Source: Azolla caroliniana (Eukaryota; Plantae; Polypodiophyta). From it: a stretch of DNA of 64,000 bases. Shown piece by piece: positions 9,118 to 21,800 of the stretch. Within the stretch, counting starts at the first letter, position 1, and the number at the start of each line of letters is the position of its first letter. Made by a program: the position numbers and the translations under genes. Location: contig JBHGNT010000007.1 of the NCBI GenBank assembly GCA_043228905.1, forward strand, positions 18,352,001 through 18,416,000, given 5' to 3'. Below the pieces are notes generated by a model. That model searched no databases. It saw nothing but the letters and a program-made list of their open reading frames with translations, and was not told the origin of the DNA.

Positions 9118-12100
9118 TTACACATCCGTAGGTCCCTTCGGACCCTTACCGTTTTCCTTACGGGTTGCCGTGTCTTCCTTCGTCTCTGCTACGGGTTTCC
9201 CGTCGTCTTTTTCTTCCGGACCGATCCGTACCGATCCCGGACAGGTTCCCGGTATAGTGCCGGTTTGCTGCATAAACGGGTTCTTTGGCATCGGTCCTTT
9301 ATAGGGCTTTAGTCGAAATCCGTTCACCCACTTGCCTAGTACTTCACCGGCAAGTGTCCCTATCTGATAGGACCCGTTGTATTCCCGTGTCAGCCAATAC
9401 GGGCCTGTCCATCTGAACCGGAGTTTACCTGGCATTTTGCCCATCCTCGTTTGGAACACTAGAACCGGCTTTCCGATTTCGAACATCTTTTCGTTACCTT
9501 TCCGGTGACGGTCAACGAACGCTTTCCGTCGTCGTTGCTCCAGTTCCAGGTGTAGGATGCTGGCCAGCCGTTGCTCCTCCAGTTCGCATAGTGCTGCTAG
9601 CCGCATTTCCTCCGACTTCTTTTCATTCAGTCGTTCCCGTAGTTGGATCCGTAAGCTTGGTACCTGAAATTCCACTGGCATGACCGCCTCTAAACCGAAC
9701 GCTAGCCGAAACGGCGTTGTCCGGATACTTGTTTTGTATGCCGTTCGGTACGCCCATAGCGCGCTATGGAGCTTTGTGTCCCAGTCCGTCCGGTTTTCAT
9801 TGACAATTTTGCGGAGAATGTTCTGCAGCGTTTTGTTGGTGGACTCTGCTAACCCGTTCGCCTGTGGGTAGTACGGTGTGCTTCGTTTATGGACCACGGC
9901 ATAGAACGTTGTTAAGCTTTCCACTACCTGGCCAAGGAAGTGGCCTCCTTGGTCGCTGATTAATTCAATCGGACATCCATACCGGCACCAAATGTTTTCG
10001 TACAGGAATTTTGCTGTGGAAGACGCGGTGTTGTCTCTCAGGGCCTTAGCTTCCACCCATTTAGTGCAATAATCCGTTGCCACGATGACATAACGATTAC
10101 CCGTTCTCATTGCCGGTGGCTTGAACGGTCCGACAAAATCCAACCCCCACTTCTGGAATGGTTCTAGTGGAAGTACCGGTTGGTGTGGCATCCGTGCTTG
10201 CTCCGTAGGCTGGCCCATTCGTTGGCATAGGTCACATTCCTTAGCATACTTGACGGCGTCTTTTAACGTCGTGGGCCACCATAAGCCGCTCTGCCATACT
10301 TTTCTTGCCGTCGCTTCCCCGGCACAGTGTCCTCCGGCAACCCCACAGTGTGCTTCCCGTAAGATTACTTGTTTCTCGTCAGTACGGACTGCCCGTCTCC
10401 ATATTCCATCTGCTCCTTTGTGGTAGAGAGTGTCCCGTAACAGACAGAAATTGCGGCTCTGCACCGCCAGTCGTTTCCTCTCGTCCCGGTTCATTTCCTC
10501 TGGTGGCAGGCCCGTGCTTAGGAACTGGTGCATGTTTGTCAGCCACCTATCTTCTGATGCCACCGTGTCGTCCGCTGCCGTTTCCGGGGTGATACGGAAT
10601 AACTCTACGTCCGGGAATTCATCCGCTACCCCGTCGCCTGGTTCTCCGGACTCTAACCGGCTCAGGTAGTCTGCTACGGCATGCTGGATACCGGGCCGGT
10701 GGAAAATCTCGAATTCGAACTCCTGCAACAGCAAGGTCCAACGGGCCAACTTACCGGTCAAGGACGCCTTGGAAACTAAGTAGAGGAGCGCCGAGTGATC
10801 CACATGGAAGGAGAACTTCCTTCCCAATAGGTAATGACGAAACTTTGTTACACTGTAGATCATGCCCAGGGCCTCCCGTTCCGTCGTTGAATAGTTCTTC
10901 TCCGCTTGGGACAGCTTCCGGCTGGCGTAATATACCGGCCGGTACCATTTAGGCTCCGTAAGTTGCATTAAGGCGCTCCCGATAGCGATGTCGGAAGCGT
11001 CCACGAACACATGAAATTCCTTGCTCCAATCCGGAGGCTGCACGACGGGTGCCTGCGATAAAAGTACCTTCAGGGCATTGTATGCCTTATCCTCCGTATC
11101 CGTCCATTGGAACGGTGTCCGATGCACCGCGGTGTGTAATGGTGTAGCCAAGTCAGCCAAGTGACGGAGCATCCGGCTGTGCCACCGGATCTGTCCTAAG
11201 AATCGGCTTAGTGCTTTGGCCGTTTTCGGCGCCGGTGCCCCTAGTATCGCGTTTACTTTGTCGGGGTCGACCGCAATGCCCTCCTTACTTACAATGTGTC
11301 CCAGCAATATTCCACTTGAGACCCCAAAGATGCATTTTGCTGGGTTTAAGCTTAGCCGGTATAACCTACACTTTTCAAGGCATAACCGTAGGTGCTGCAA
11401 ATGGTCTTTTCCCCGGCTATAGACTGCAAAATCATCCAGGAAAACTTGCATGAAGGCCGGAATGTATTCGCCGAAGATCTCCATGATGATTCGCTGGAAA
11501 GTTGCTGGTGCCGTTTTTAGGCCGAACATCATGACTTCGGCCACAAACACCCCCCATTCGGTGACGAACGCTATCTTCTCCTGGTCGTCCGGGTGCATCC
11601 GGATTTGATTGTAACCGCTGAACCCGTCTAGAAAGCTATAAACTTCATGGCCGGCGACGGCATCCAGTACTCCATCCGTGAACGGAAGAGGGAATGCATC
11701 CGTAATTGTGGCTGCATTTAGTTTCCTGTAATCTACGCACACACGGATTTTACCGTTCTTCTTGGGGACGACGACGATGGGGCTCAGCCACGTCGCTTTC
11801 TTTACCGGCCGGATGAAGCCCACTCTTAGGAGTTTGTCGATTTCCTCCTTCACTTTGGCGGCGTAGTTGGGGTTCATTCGGTATCGTCTCTGTGCCACTG
11901 GTTTCGCGTCCTTGCCTAAGTGGATCTGATGCTGATATAATTGAGGGTCCAGCCCTCGCATGTCTTCGTATGACCAAGCGAATACATCGCGAAACTCCGT
12001 GAGAAGTTTGATCATCGCCGCTTTATCTTCCGGCTTCATTTCTTTGGCGATGTGTACCGGCTTTGATTCGTCCTTGCTTCCTAGGTTCACTTCGTCGAGC

Positions 12101-12498
12101 TGGGATGCTTTTACCCGTTGGGAAACGGCCATTTCTCGTTCCAACGCTTCCTGTGCTTGCCGTAATTCCCGAATCGCATCTTTGTCTAGTTCGGCCTCGG
12201 TTTCGTCCCGCTGCGGCAAGTATGGCGCTACGGCTTCAGCCACGTCTATCTCGAAGAGTGGTACGATCTTCGGGTGTTCCTCCAAGTACTGGGCTTCTTC
12301 GTCGTCTGCCAACCCTTCCAGCATGTTCACGCATTCCGCATATAGCGGTGTGCATTCCTTACCGTTGCTCGTCCGTGGTTGTGTCGGAACCCGGACCTTG
12401 GCTTTTCCGCGCCGGAAGGTAATCATATTTTTCCGCCAATTTTGCTTGATGTGTGCTGTTTTCAACCATGGTCTGCCCAGCAACAGTGGGTACGCGCC
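9118..12498 (-). CDS. pol: Gypsy Pol: protease C-terminus, reverse transcriptase, RNase H, integrase
   Basis: LLGRPWL; RT motifs WLSPIVVVPKKNGKIRVCVDYRKLN and FLDD; RH motifs VDAS, NYSTTERE, DHSAL, VADYLSRL; IN H-GH…C-x2-C, WGLDFVGP, SDQG, NGLAE, GPY motif. Confidence 0.97.
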   Translation of the reverse strand, partial: GAYPLLLGRPWLKTAHIKQNWRKNMITFRRGKAKVRVPTQPRTSNGKECTPLYAECVNMLEGLADDEEAQYLEEHPKIVPLFEIDVAEAVAPYLPQRDETEAELDKDAIRELRQAQEALEREMAVSQRVKASQLDEVNLGSKDESKPVHIAKEMKPEDKAAMIKLLTEFRDVFAWSYEDMRGLDPQLYQHQIHLGKDAKPVAQRRYRMNPNYAAKVKEEIDKLLRVGFIRPVKKATWLSPIVVVPKKNGKIRVCVDYRKLNAATITDAFPLPFTDGVLDAVAGHEVYSFLDGFSGYNQIRMHPDDQEKIAFVTEWGVFVAEVMMFGLKTAPATFQRIIMEIFGEYIPAFMQVFLDDFAVYSRGKDHLQHLRLCLEKCRLYRLSLNPAKCIFGVSSGILLGHIVSKEGIAVDPDKVNAILGAPAPKTAKALSRFLGQIRWHSRMLRHLADLATPLHTAVHRTPFQWTDTEDKAYNALKVLLSQAPVVQPPDWSKEFHVFVDASDIAIGSALMQLTEPKWYRPVYYASRKLSQAEKNYSTTEREALGMIYSVTKFRHYLLGRKFSFHVDHSALLYLVSKASLTGKLARWTLLLQEFEFEIFHRPGIQHAVADYLSRLESGEPGDGVADEFPDVELFRITPETAADDTVASEDRWLTNMHQFLSTGLPPEEMNRDERKRLAVQSRNFCLLRDTLYHKGADGIWRRAVRTDEKQVILREAHCGVAGGHCAGEATARKVWQSGLWWPTTLKDAVKYAKECDLCQRMGQPTEQARMPHQPVLPLEPFQKWGLDFVGPFKPPAMRTGNRYVIVATDYCTKWVEAKALRDNTASSTAKFLYENIWCRYGCPIELISDQGGHFLGQVVESLTTFYAVVHKRSTPYYPQANGLAESTNKTLQNILRKIVNENRTDWDTKLHSALWAYRTAYKTSIRTTPFRLAFGLEAVMPVEFQVPSLRIQLRERLNEKKSEEMRLAALCELEEQRLASILHLELEQRRRKAFVDRHRKGNEKMFEIGKPVLVFQTRMGKMPGKLRFRWTGPYWLTREYNGSYQIGTLAGEVLGKWVNGFRLKPYKGPMPKNPFMQQTGTIPGTCPGSVRIGPEEKDDGKPVAETKEDTATRKENGKGPKGPTDV

Positions 12499-14727
12499 TT
12501 ACGCCTGTAGCTGCAGCACTACAGCCGAGATGTGAAATGTGTGGCCTCCTATGGTGACTTCCAATTTCCGTATTAAGCCCGTTGGCCGTACAGAGCTCGT
12601 ATCCGCCATCCGTAGCCAGAACGGACATGGCTCCCATTCATGTATACCCAAGGCATCACACGTGCGGAGGCTTATTACGTTCACTCCGGAACCTCCATCG
12701 ATTACTGTGCCGGGAAGTTCGTGCCCTTTGACAATAGCTGTGATCACCGGACTACTAGTGTCCACTACCGTCGGTCCCTCCTCCGGGTTCGAGAAGAGGA
12801 CTGGTACCGGTGGGGCTATACCGTCTGTCATGCCCGTTTTTAGTCCTTCCGTAAATCGCGGCACGAGCTGCAAGAGTCTTCCTAACGGCAACGTGATCTG
12901 ACATTCTTGCAGTGCTTGCCATGTCTCGTTTTCTGGGTGGCTATCGCCGACACTCCCTATGGTATTTGCCTTTTGCCGTTCCGCGTCCGCGACGTTCCTT
13001 TCATTGGCTTCCTTCACCCATTCCGTCGCCTGCTTTCGTATGGCCTCTTGTGTTTCCCACTCTTTGGCCATGCCTTTCGACCGTGTGGTTACCTGCTGTA
13101 CATCCGTCACTTCCGGAACCACCATATTAACTGCTGGTCGTTTTTCGTAGCTCTTTACTGGGCACTGGTTACTGTAGTGGCCTTCCTGCCTGCAGTAGTA
13201 GCAGTACTCTTTACGGGTATTGCTGGATTCAGCATTGCTGGTAGCCGGAGTCGGTCCCGTAGCGAGTGGTGCGTTCTGTGCCGGTTGGCTCCTTGGGGTT
13301 CCATGTTCCGGGTCCCTAGGGTGACCACCTTTCTTGAAATTACGTTTCTTATTATTCTTATTTTTATTTCGGTAGTCCGGTCGTGGTGGATCGTAAAATC
13401 GGCCATAGTCCTCTTGGTGCCTTCGGTAACCAGGGGAATGGTCTCTGTCGTATTGCTCGTGTCGTCTGTTGGGCTCCCGATAACGGTCCGATCGATCATA
13501 CCGGTCGTAGTTATCACGCCGATTCCCGTATCGGCCATCATTATCTTGCCTGTCTCCGTACCGGACATCCTGTGCCGGTCGGTACCGGTTCATTTTTTGC
13601 CAACGATCTTCATCTTCGTCTTGGCTGCTTCTTGGCTCGATCCGTCGGACGGGTGGTGCTTGTCGGTTTAACAGGTTGTACTCGCACCGGTCCGTTGTAT
13701 GACTCTTGGATTGACAAATCACACACTGAGTGCGCATGGTGCACTCCACTGCCGAGTGTCCGGCATTCAAGCAGATTGTGCATTGAATTGCCTGCCGGAA
13801 CCGGAGATCTTCCTCGGTGGGTAACGCCCGTTGCAGTGTTCCCAGCGTAAGCCATGAGCTTGTCTTTTCCATTTCTCTGACCCGGTCAATGACCTGGTCG
13901 ATGGTGCATCCTCGAAAGTCGATCACCGTACACACCGTGCGTAACGGTTCCCGGAGTGCGTTTAAAAATATCGTCCGTAATTCCTCCTCCGGGGGTGCAC
14001 GGGCAAGCTGGCTATGCATTCGTTGGAAACGGATGACGAATTGGGGAATGCTTTCCCCTGCCTCCTGCCGGATCGTATAAAACAGGCCCACCATTGTCGT
14101 CTGGTCGACCTCCTTGTCGACCTCCTTGCTTTTAATTCTGCAAAGGTTGTGATGGTCGCCGGGTCCTGCGTCCGCCGCCATCGTGTCGCCGGTCCCTCCA
14201 ACGTGACTCCGAATTCCGCTATCTTCGAGCGTTCTTCTTCCTCCGGTGTCATCCGCTGGGACGTGTGATTTGCTTCCCATGTCTGCTCGAAGTCATGAAC
14301 ATGCGCTTCCGCGTCCGGATCATCGCGATACTTTGAGTATTGGAACGGCATGTCGTCGTCCAGTATTAGGCCGCGGTTTAGTGGCGTTTGTTGATATCTT
14401 TCCGGTTTTCTCTCCGGTTCCACTTCCGGTTCTTTTTCCGGTTCTTTTTCCGGTTCCTTCACCGGCTCTTCTTCCGGTACCTTTGCCGGCTCTTTCGTTG
14501 GTGTTGGTGGCTTTGCTTCTTCCACTTCCGGTGTTGGTGGGTTGACGGCTTCCGTTTGCGGTTCTGGATAGCCCTGGTTGAGCGGTTCCGGTTCTGGAGT
14601 CGGCACGGTATCCGACCCGTCGTCCTCCGGGCCGCCGGGGGTATCGTTGCTGCTCCGGTAGTTCGTGTGCACGCTGTATCCCCCTTCGGAATCCGATTCG
14701 TAGGCTGAAAAGGCTTCTGCCTCGTTT
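12499..14727 (-). pseudogene. gag: Gag-protease, 5'-truncated, with one frameshift (~14105-14130) and an in-frame TAA (12499-12501)
   Basis: Retrotransposon-gag-like FGVTLEGPATRW and IRQEAGESIPQFVIRF; three CCHC knuckles (CTICLNAGHSAVEC, CVICQSKSHTTDRC, CYYCRQEGHYSNQC); protease VIDGGSGVN. Confidence 0.9.
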
Positions 14728-14972
14728 ATCAAGACAGAAGTATAAACATCATAAGCTCTATTAATTATCCGCTGTCATTACAATGGGGTCCGGGCCTTTA
14801 AATAGGTTTCCGGCCCGTAGTACAAAACGGTGCCTCTCGCACCTATTCGGGATCCGTCCGGATCTGGAACGGCATACCGTTTCCAGTCCGTCCGTCCACA
14901 CTATGCTCATTTACAACCATATCTAATTAATTCCTTCACTCCGTATTTTGGACTCCTTGCCGGCCGGTAACA
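14728..14972 (-). repeat. Truncated 245-bp LTR (upstream LTR relative to the ORFs)
   Basis: Matches 5754-5998. The 174 bp equivalent to 5580-5753 are absent and the LTR is fused directly to gag coding sequence. Confidence 0.93.
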
Positions 14973-15559
14973 CTATCTATAAAAAAACACGTGCTTAAAA
15001 CCTCACTTGAGTCTGACGAGCCTTTGTCACATCTAACCCGGGCAATGATGATGCCATTTATTACCTAACCCGGACTTTCATTACCTAACCTAGGCAATGA
15101 TGATTCCATTTGATTACCTAACCCGGTCTCTCATCACCTAACCTTGGCAATGTAATTATCCTCGATCCTTACAGTTCCTTGACATGGATGGATTTTGGGG
15201 TGAAAGAAAAACCAATGAGGAGAGACACTATTCAGATTCATTCATAAAATATGTTATAGTCACCCTAAAACCAGTGGCCTCTAATCACCAAACTTTGTAA
15301 GTATCTTATAATTTCAGTTTTCTATAGTCATCCTCGATTATTGGTTCTTTTACATCCTATTTGGCAGGGGTCTAAGCATTGGTATGGTGATGATGACGTC
15401 TCCCCCCTATGCGTTATGACCTCTAAGTGGGCACGACGTGTTTTGGGTCTCTGAACTTAGTGTGAAGGCGCATGAAGGCTCAACTCATGCTAAAAAATGA
15501 GTGTGAACTCTACTTAAAGTTGTCGCCACATCTAAGGGTATCATATGTAGAGCAATGAC

Positions 15560-17560
15560 GGCCCTTCATATTGCACACACATGGGGGGGCATCCCATTAC
15601 CCATTCTCACAAACTCTTAAAGAGTTGAAGAAACATTGGGCCATGGATCTTCGCGATCATGGAATAGCTAGTGCATACGTAAAAGCACTAATTGACCAAT
15701 GTGGATGTCAGATAATACAAAAGGTAAATTCTATTGACATGTTAGGCACAAGTGTAAGTAAATATGATAAGATTACAATGCCCACAGAATTGATAAAGGT
15801 AGAAGTTAGTAAGTTCGATCATTCTCTAGCGAAGATTTAAATCACGTATCATACATGCTTGCGGAGAGGAGTCCCAAAAGGCAAGCATGTGACTAGATAT
15901 GATTGTCATCACACAGGTGTGCCTCGACAACTGGTCGGATGCTCTCGCTTGTGCAAGGGTTCAAAGTGTTCTAGATGTAGTTTTCATTTGAATGTAAAGA
16001 GTGAATGAAGCGGATAAACATGGGATCGTGAGCATTTATGTACACGGATGCCATTCAGGCCATGTCCCAGGAACGAGACCTAAGGTGTACCACATGCCGG
16101 CCCATCCTAATGTAATAGAATGTTGTAAAGATTACCTTTTTTATGTTGGTTGTGCAAGGCATGTTGCACGGATCAACATGCGAAAAGAACCATATCACAA
16201 GCCCAAGGCTACTCCATTAGAACTTGTCACTTTTACATTCTTTATGATACCAAAGGAGGTATATAACATGGCCAATACATTAAAAATAGGAAGTGCATTG
16301 TTGGATGTTGATTGGTCTTTGATGATGCATGATGCCTATGCACTCTGAGATCTAGGCAAAGTGGCACATGTCCAACCATACTTGCCTAGTCCAAATGGAT
16401 CTCCAGCTCGACAACCATTTATCTTGATACTTCAAGGTAAATGGATGTTGGAAATGTGTGAACGATTGTCACAAAACAACTCTTGGACAATTGACTCCAC
16501 ATTTTAAACTAATCAATTCGGGTTCCCATTATATGCATTTGTTGCACCAAATGCCATGGGAATAGGGATCCCACTATGATATATGATTTGTAGTTCTGAT
16601 AAGGGCTCAAATCATGAGCAAGTGGCATTAGAAACTTGCTTGAAAGTCATATTTGCTAGGATGCCTAGGGTAAGGCCAAATGCGATAGTCATTGATAAAT
16701 CTTGGACATCATATAATGCCATATCTAATGCAATTGCTCAAGACCATGAATCTTGGATTGTCGCAAATGGTGAATGCTCACAAACACGTTTTTGTCTTTT
16801 ATTGTGTCAGTTCCAAGCTAAAAAATCATGGGTTGACAACTTGTTGCCCAAACTTAGTGCTGGCAAAAAAAAACCCCTCTATCAAAGGATGTGCCAATTC
16901 ATGCATTGCATTAGCGAATCATCCTTCAATGCTATGTGTGAGAAGGTAAGGCAAGAATACTCAAACAAACCTAGAGTTTGGCAATATATCAAGGGTGGAT
17001 GGTGTGGACAAACTTGTGTTTGGAGGAGTCTATGGCCCAAGTTTGGTAGACTATTCAATTATGGACATGTTGACACTACCAATCTTGTGGAGAGACATTG
17101 GCAATTTCTCAAGCACACTGCCTTGAGAGGAAGAATAAATCGGTCTATTATTGATCTTGTGCATGTCTTAATTGGGGATAGTGTCTCTAGCACTTGCATC
17201 GGCGGGACCGTGGTAGAATGGTACATGCAATGACAAGAGTGTGAGAGTGGTAGATTCCAACCCTGTGCAAATTGTAAGGATCAAAGGTCAAGACTTAAAG
17301 AGGCTGAGAGGATACTAGAAAGATATATGACTGATTGCAACTCTGTGCATATTGTGGATGAGGCACAATATTGGTTTCAAATATTGAGCATGACCACTCC
17401 CACTATATGGTACAATGTCTCACTCCAATGTTCATATTGTGATTGCCAAGACTTTGCAAGTGAACATAAGCATTTGCTTGCCATTCAGATGATCGTTAAG
17501 AGATATGCCATCACTATGTGGATCATTACCAATTATCGATCATGCAACCCAAATTCGAAT
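15560..17560 (+). pseudogene. MULE transposase of element B (stops and frameshifts)
   Basis: NSWTIDSTF*TNQFGFPLY, RPNAIVIDKS, LLCQFQAKKSW, VDTTNLVERHW and SWIM CSYCDCQDFASEHKHLL across ORFs 16001-17578. Confidence 0.88.
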
Positions 17561-17990
17561 GCAATTTTGTATTTTTAAAAAAGTTTTTGATATTTTTGAG
17601 TAATCTTAGCATCTTTTTTAAACAATGGTTTCTTCAGAAATTTCAATCAGGTACGCGGGTTAGGTGCATGCACTTGGGTTAGGTTTAGGTACCTGGGTTA
17701 GGTTCATGTACCGCGTTAGGTTTAGGTGTTATAGAATAGCTTGTTAGAGCAGGGTTATGTGTGACATAGGCTTGTAAGAGCCGGGTTAGATGTGACAGAT
17801 CCGATTGTCAGACATGGGTTGGATGTGACAGAGGCTCGTCAAACCTGGGTTGGGTTTTAGGCGCGCGCTTTTGTGGATATGGATTGAACGGTGCAGATCA
17901 CACGCGCCATTCAAAGCGTGTCTTGCACCATCCGTGTCCGCGATTTCCTCACTGGGCCTAATTATGATTTGGTTACAAATAGAAATGAGC

Positions 17991-18557
<567 letters not shown>

Positions 18558-18621
18558 TGTCCCATTGATGGTGTGCTTTCAATGTGAAAACAGACATACC
18601 CTGTTTCTGCAGAGTTCTCTG

Positions 18622-18622
<1 letters not shown>

Positions 18623-18664
<42 letters not shown>
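18623..18664 (+). repeat. (CT)n microsatellite in the probable SHMT promoter or 5' UTR
   Basis: CT run about 220 bp upstream of the ATG at 18882. Confidence 0.85.
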
Positions 18665-18667
<3 letters not shown>

Positions 18668-18881
18668 ATTCGTTCGCTCATTGTTTCATCTCATCGGACT
18701 CGTAAGTGTGCGAATTGGGTCATCTCTGAAACAAAGAAAAGGTATTTCTTTCTGCTTCTTTTCCTCTTCTTGTTTCTCGTCTCTTCAATAATTCCATTCC
18801 ATTAAAGCTTCCTGTTTCAGACCCATTTCGTGACTGTATCCCAAAATACTTCTGTTTCAAACCCACTCTCGTCTTGCAAGA

Positions 18882-21800
18882 ATGACTTCTTCCAACAATA
18901 GTAGCAGTAATGGTGATTCTCCCCACCCTAGTAATCTCCAGGGAATTCTTCCTTCTTCTAGCCATGGATCCTCTGAACAGGCCGTGCCTTATCATTCTGC
19001 TGCACAGGAAATCGCCCAAAATGCTCATCCGTCGAAGAAAATCAAGAAGGATCCTCAGCCCTCACATGGGTTTCTACCCCCAAATGCATCATCGGCTGCT
19101 CCATTTCCGAGTGTTAATAACCCAAATCCTAATCCTAAGCCTAACCTTAATACAAACCCTAACCCTGACATTAACCTTAACGCAGATCCAAATCCAAGCC
19201 CTAAACCCAGCCCAAATCCTAATCTAGACCCAAGCCCTAACTCAAACACGGACCCTAACCCTAACCTTATTGCTGTGACATCAGATGGATCTTCTCAACC
19301 CCCCATAGTTGTACAGAAGCCTGTCCCTAGTGTTGCTCAGAACAACTGGCATGACGTTTTGGCTGCCCAAAAGACCGATAATCCTACTATTCCCAACTTA
19401 CAATCGTCACGGCAGAGTGCTTTCCATGATCCCACACAATCTTCTTCTTCGTCTGAAATTTCTCGGAGGCTTTCAGTCCAATCATGGGGAAGTAAGCCTT
19501 TGCGAATCATCGATCCTCATCTATGGATCATTATGGAGAAAGAAAAACAGAGACAATGCAAGAGCCTTGAGCTTATTGCATCCGAGAATTATGCGTCTCA
19601 AGCAGTGATTGAGGCGCTCGGTTGCCATCTTACAAACAAGTATTCAGAAGGCATACCGGGAGCAAGGTTGTATTGTGGGAATGAGAATATTGACCTTATT
19701 GAGATTTTATGTATTGAACGGGCGTTGAAAGCATTTCATCTCGAATCAAACTCATGGGGGGTTAATGTACAACCTTATTCCTGCACAACGGCAAATTTTG
19801 CAGTTTATACAGCTCTCCTACAACCGAAAGATAGAATAATGGGGTTAGATTCTCCCTCAGGGGGTCACCTGAGCCATGGCTACTATACACCTAGCAGGAA
19901 GAAAGTTTCTGCAGCGTCAATTTTTTTTGAGAGCTTTCCATATAGAGTAAATTCTGCTGGATATATTGATTTTGGAGATCTGGAGCGTATTGCACTTGCA
20001 TATAGACCAAAGCTTCTCATTTGTGGGGCCAGTGCTTACCCTCGTGAATGGGATTATGCCAAGTTCCGAATTATTGCTGACAGGTGTGGTGCTATTCTTA
20101 TGTGTGACATGGCTCACATTAGTGGTATTGTTGCAGCTCAGGTATTCTTTTTGTCCATTGTCAATACTAGTGTCTCAAGAATCCATCTTTGGTTTAGTAC
20201 ATCTCAGGTTAAGAGAAATAGTAATATCTCAGATTGTGAGCCATTGGTGTTTTCTGTGGTCTTGTTGCGTAGAATTTGTAATCGACAGTGCATGATTAAA
20301 AATGACTTTACTTTTCTTTCCAGTCTCTAAAATGATAAAACTTGAAACGAACGTCGAATTTGAAGATGGTAGAGAAGCCTCTACCCATTTCTCAAATGGT
20401 TACATTCATTTGAAATGATGGCATCTTAAAGCTTATAACGCTTTGGTAGGGATTTATATAAAATATAGCAAAAACACCGAACTAAAGAATATGGGATGTA
20501 AGATTCCCTCCATCATAGTTTACATTGCATCACTGAAATCAGGTTTCCTAGTCATTGATGATGTAAATTCTTTTTTTTTAACATCTTATTTTTATTAAAA
20601 TCATTAGCTAGAGATTGCTTATATAAAACTCTACCCATAAGTATACTCTGGAGCAATGTATGTGTTGTCAAGTTTTACTGCTCAACCTAGGCATTTGATT
20701 TCATGTAGTGGCTGTAAAGTTCAACCAAGCCATTTCTATCTTAAAATTGTGTTAGTGCCCCCTGAACATGTGTAGGAGTTGTATATGTTACAGTCACATA
20801 TACATCAATATATGTATATGCAAGCTGTTTCTTAAAGATTTATGTACACATAAAATATGTTCATGGGTAAGCTGAGATACATATAAAACACATTATGCTC
20901 TAATAACTTCAGAATAATTCCAATGTAATTTGAATACAAACTACCTTGGGGAGGGAAAAAACCTCGAGGCTAAGAAAGATCTAGAAAACTAGCTAATCAA
21001 CTAAGCAATGGAGATGAAAAAAACAACAATGGGGACAAACTCTTGGAGCCCTTAAAAGCTTAAAAGAACGATTAAAAAATTAGCTAGTTAAACAGCTGTT
21101 CTGTTTTTCAATGGTTTTAACAATTTAAAGAGTCTCTCAAATGCTAATGATATAATTCTTTAGTTTGTTAAAACGCTATTTTATAATAATATATTTTTAT
21201 ATTTACTTTTGTTTACATTTAGTTAGGATTCTTTCTCTCAATGTATGTTTTTAAGGTAGGAATCCTGTATATGTACATTCAAGTGTTTGCATAATCATGA
21301 AGGTTTGGAAATATAGCTTTCCTGATTTCAATCTGATGTTGAGACTTAAAGTAGGGACCTCTATCACAAATGGGTTATTGCATGTTAGATTGACGACATT
21401 TGCCATCTTTGTTATAACTATCATAAAGGTGGAATTGTGTTAAAAAAATACATGGAATGAACCAATTGATCTGGAAAGTTCCAACAACTGTGGACATATG
21501 AGTGGTTGTATGAACATGTGTAATGCATAAATGAGTTTCAAACAGTGCTGGTTAGAATGATGACCTTTGCCATGTTAGGAATATCTATCACAATGGTGAA
21601 ATTGTGTTAAAAGGCTACATGGAATGGATCAATTGAACTGGAAACTTCCAACAAATGTGGACAATGTCAGTGGTTGCATGAACATGTGTGATGCATCTAA
21701 GGTACTCAAAGCCAGAAACTAATAGGCACTTGGTAGATATTTGGTTTTTTGCATGACTCTAGGGCAAATCATATGTTCAAACATGAAGAGATAATGTGTA

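Larger units (their letters stand above)
5580..14972 (-). mobile_element. Ty3/Gypsy LTR retrotransposon, non-chromovirus type, no archaeal RNase H seen; gag-pol plus extra ORF
   Basis: TG…CA termini, 5-bp TSD CTATC (5575-5579 and 14973-14977), direct-repeat LTRs, domain order gag-PR-RT-RH-IN on the - strand. Confidence 0.97.
5465..17990 (+). mobile_element. Mutator-like element B, interrupted in its left TIR by the Gypsy element; 9-bp TSD TACACATAC
   Basis: Left TIR (5465-5579, resuming at 14978) is the inverse complement of ~17820-17990. TSD at 5456-5464 and 17991-17999. Subterminal acctaaccc/gggttaggt repeats. Confidence 0.85.

Noticed and set aside
12499-12501. Stop codon rescued by U-to-C RNA editing
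   Set aside because: Such editing is known only in organelles; a simple C>T mutation is sufficient.
6435-14708. Many + strand ORFs inside the Gypsy element (e.g. 6435-7199, 12907-13671) as genes in the PBS orientation
   Set aside because: They are shadows of GC-rich - strand coding sequence, with no recognisable domains.
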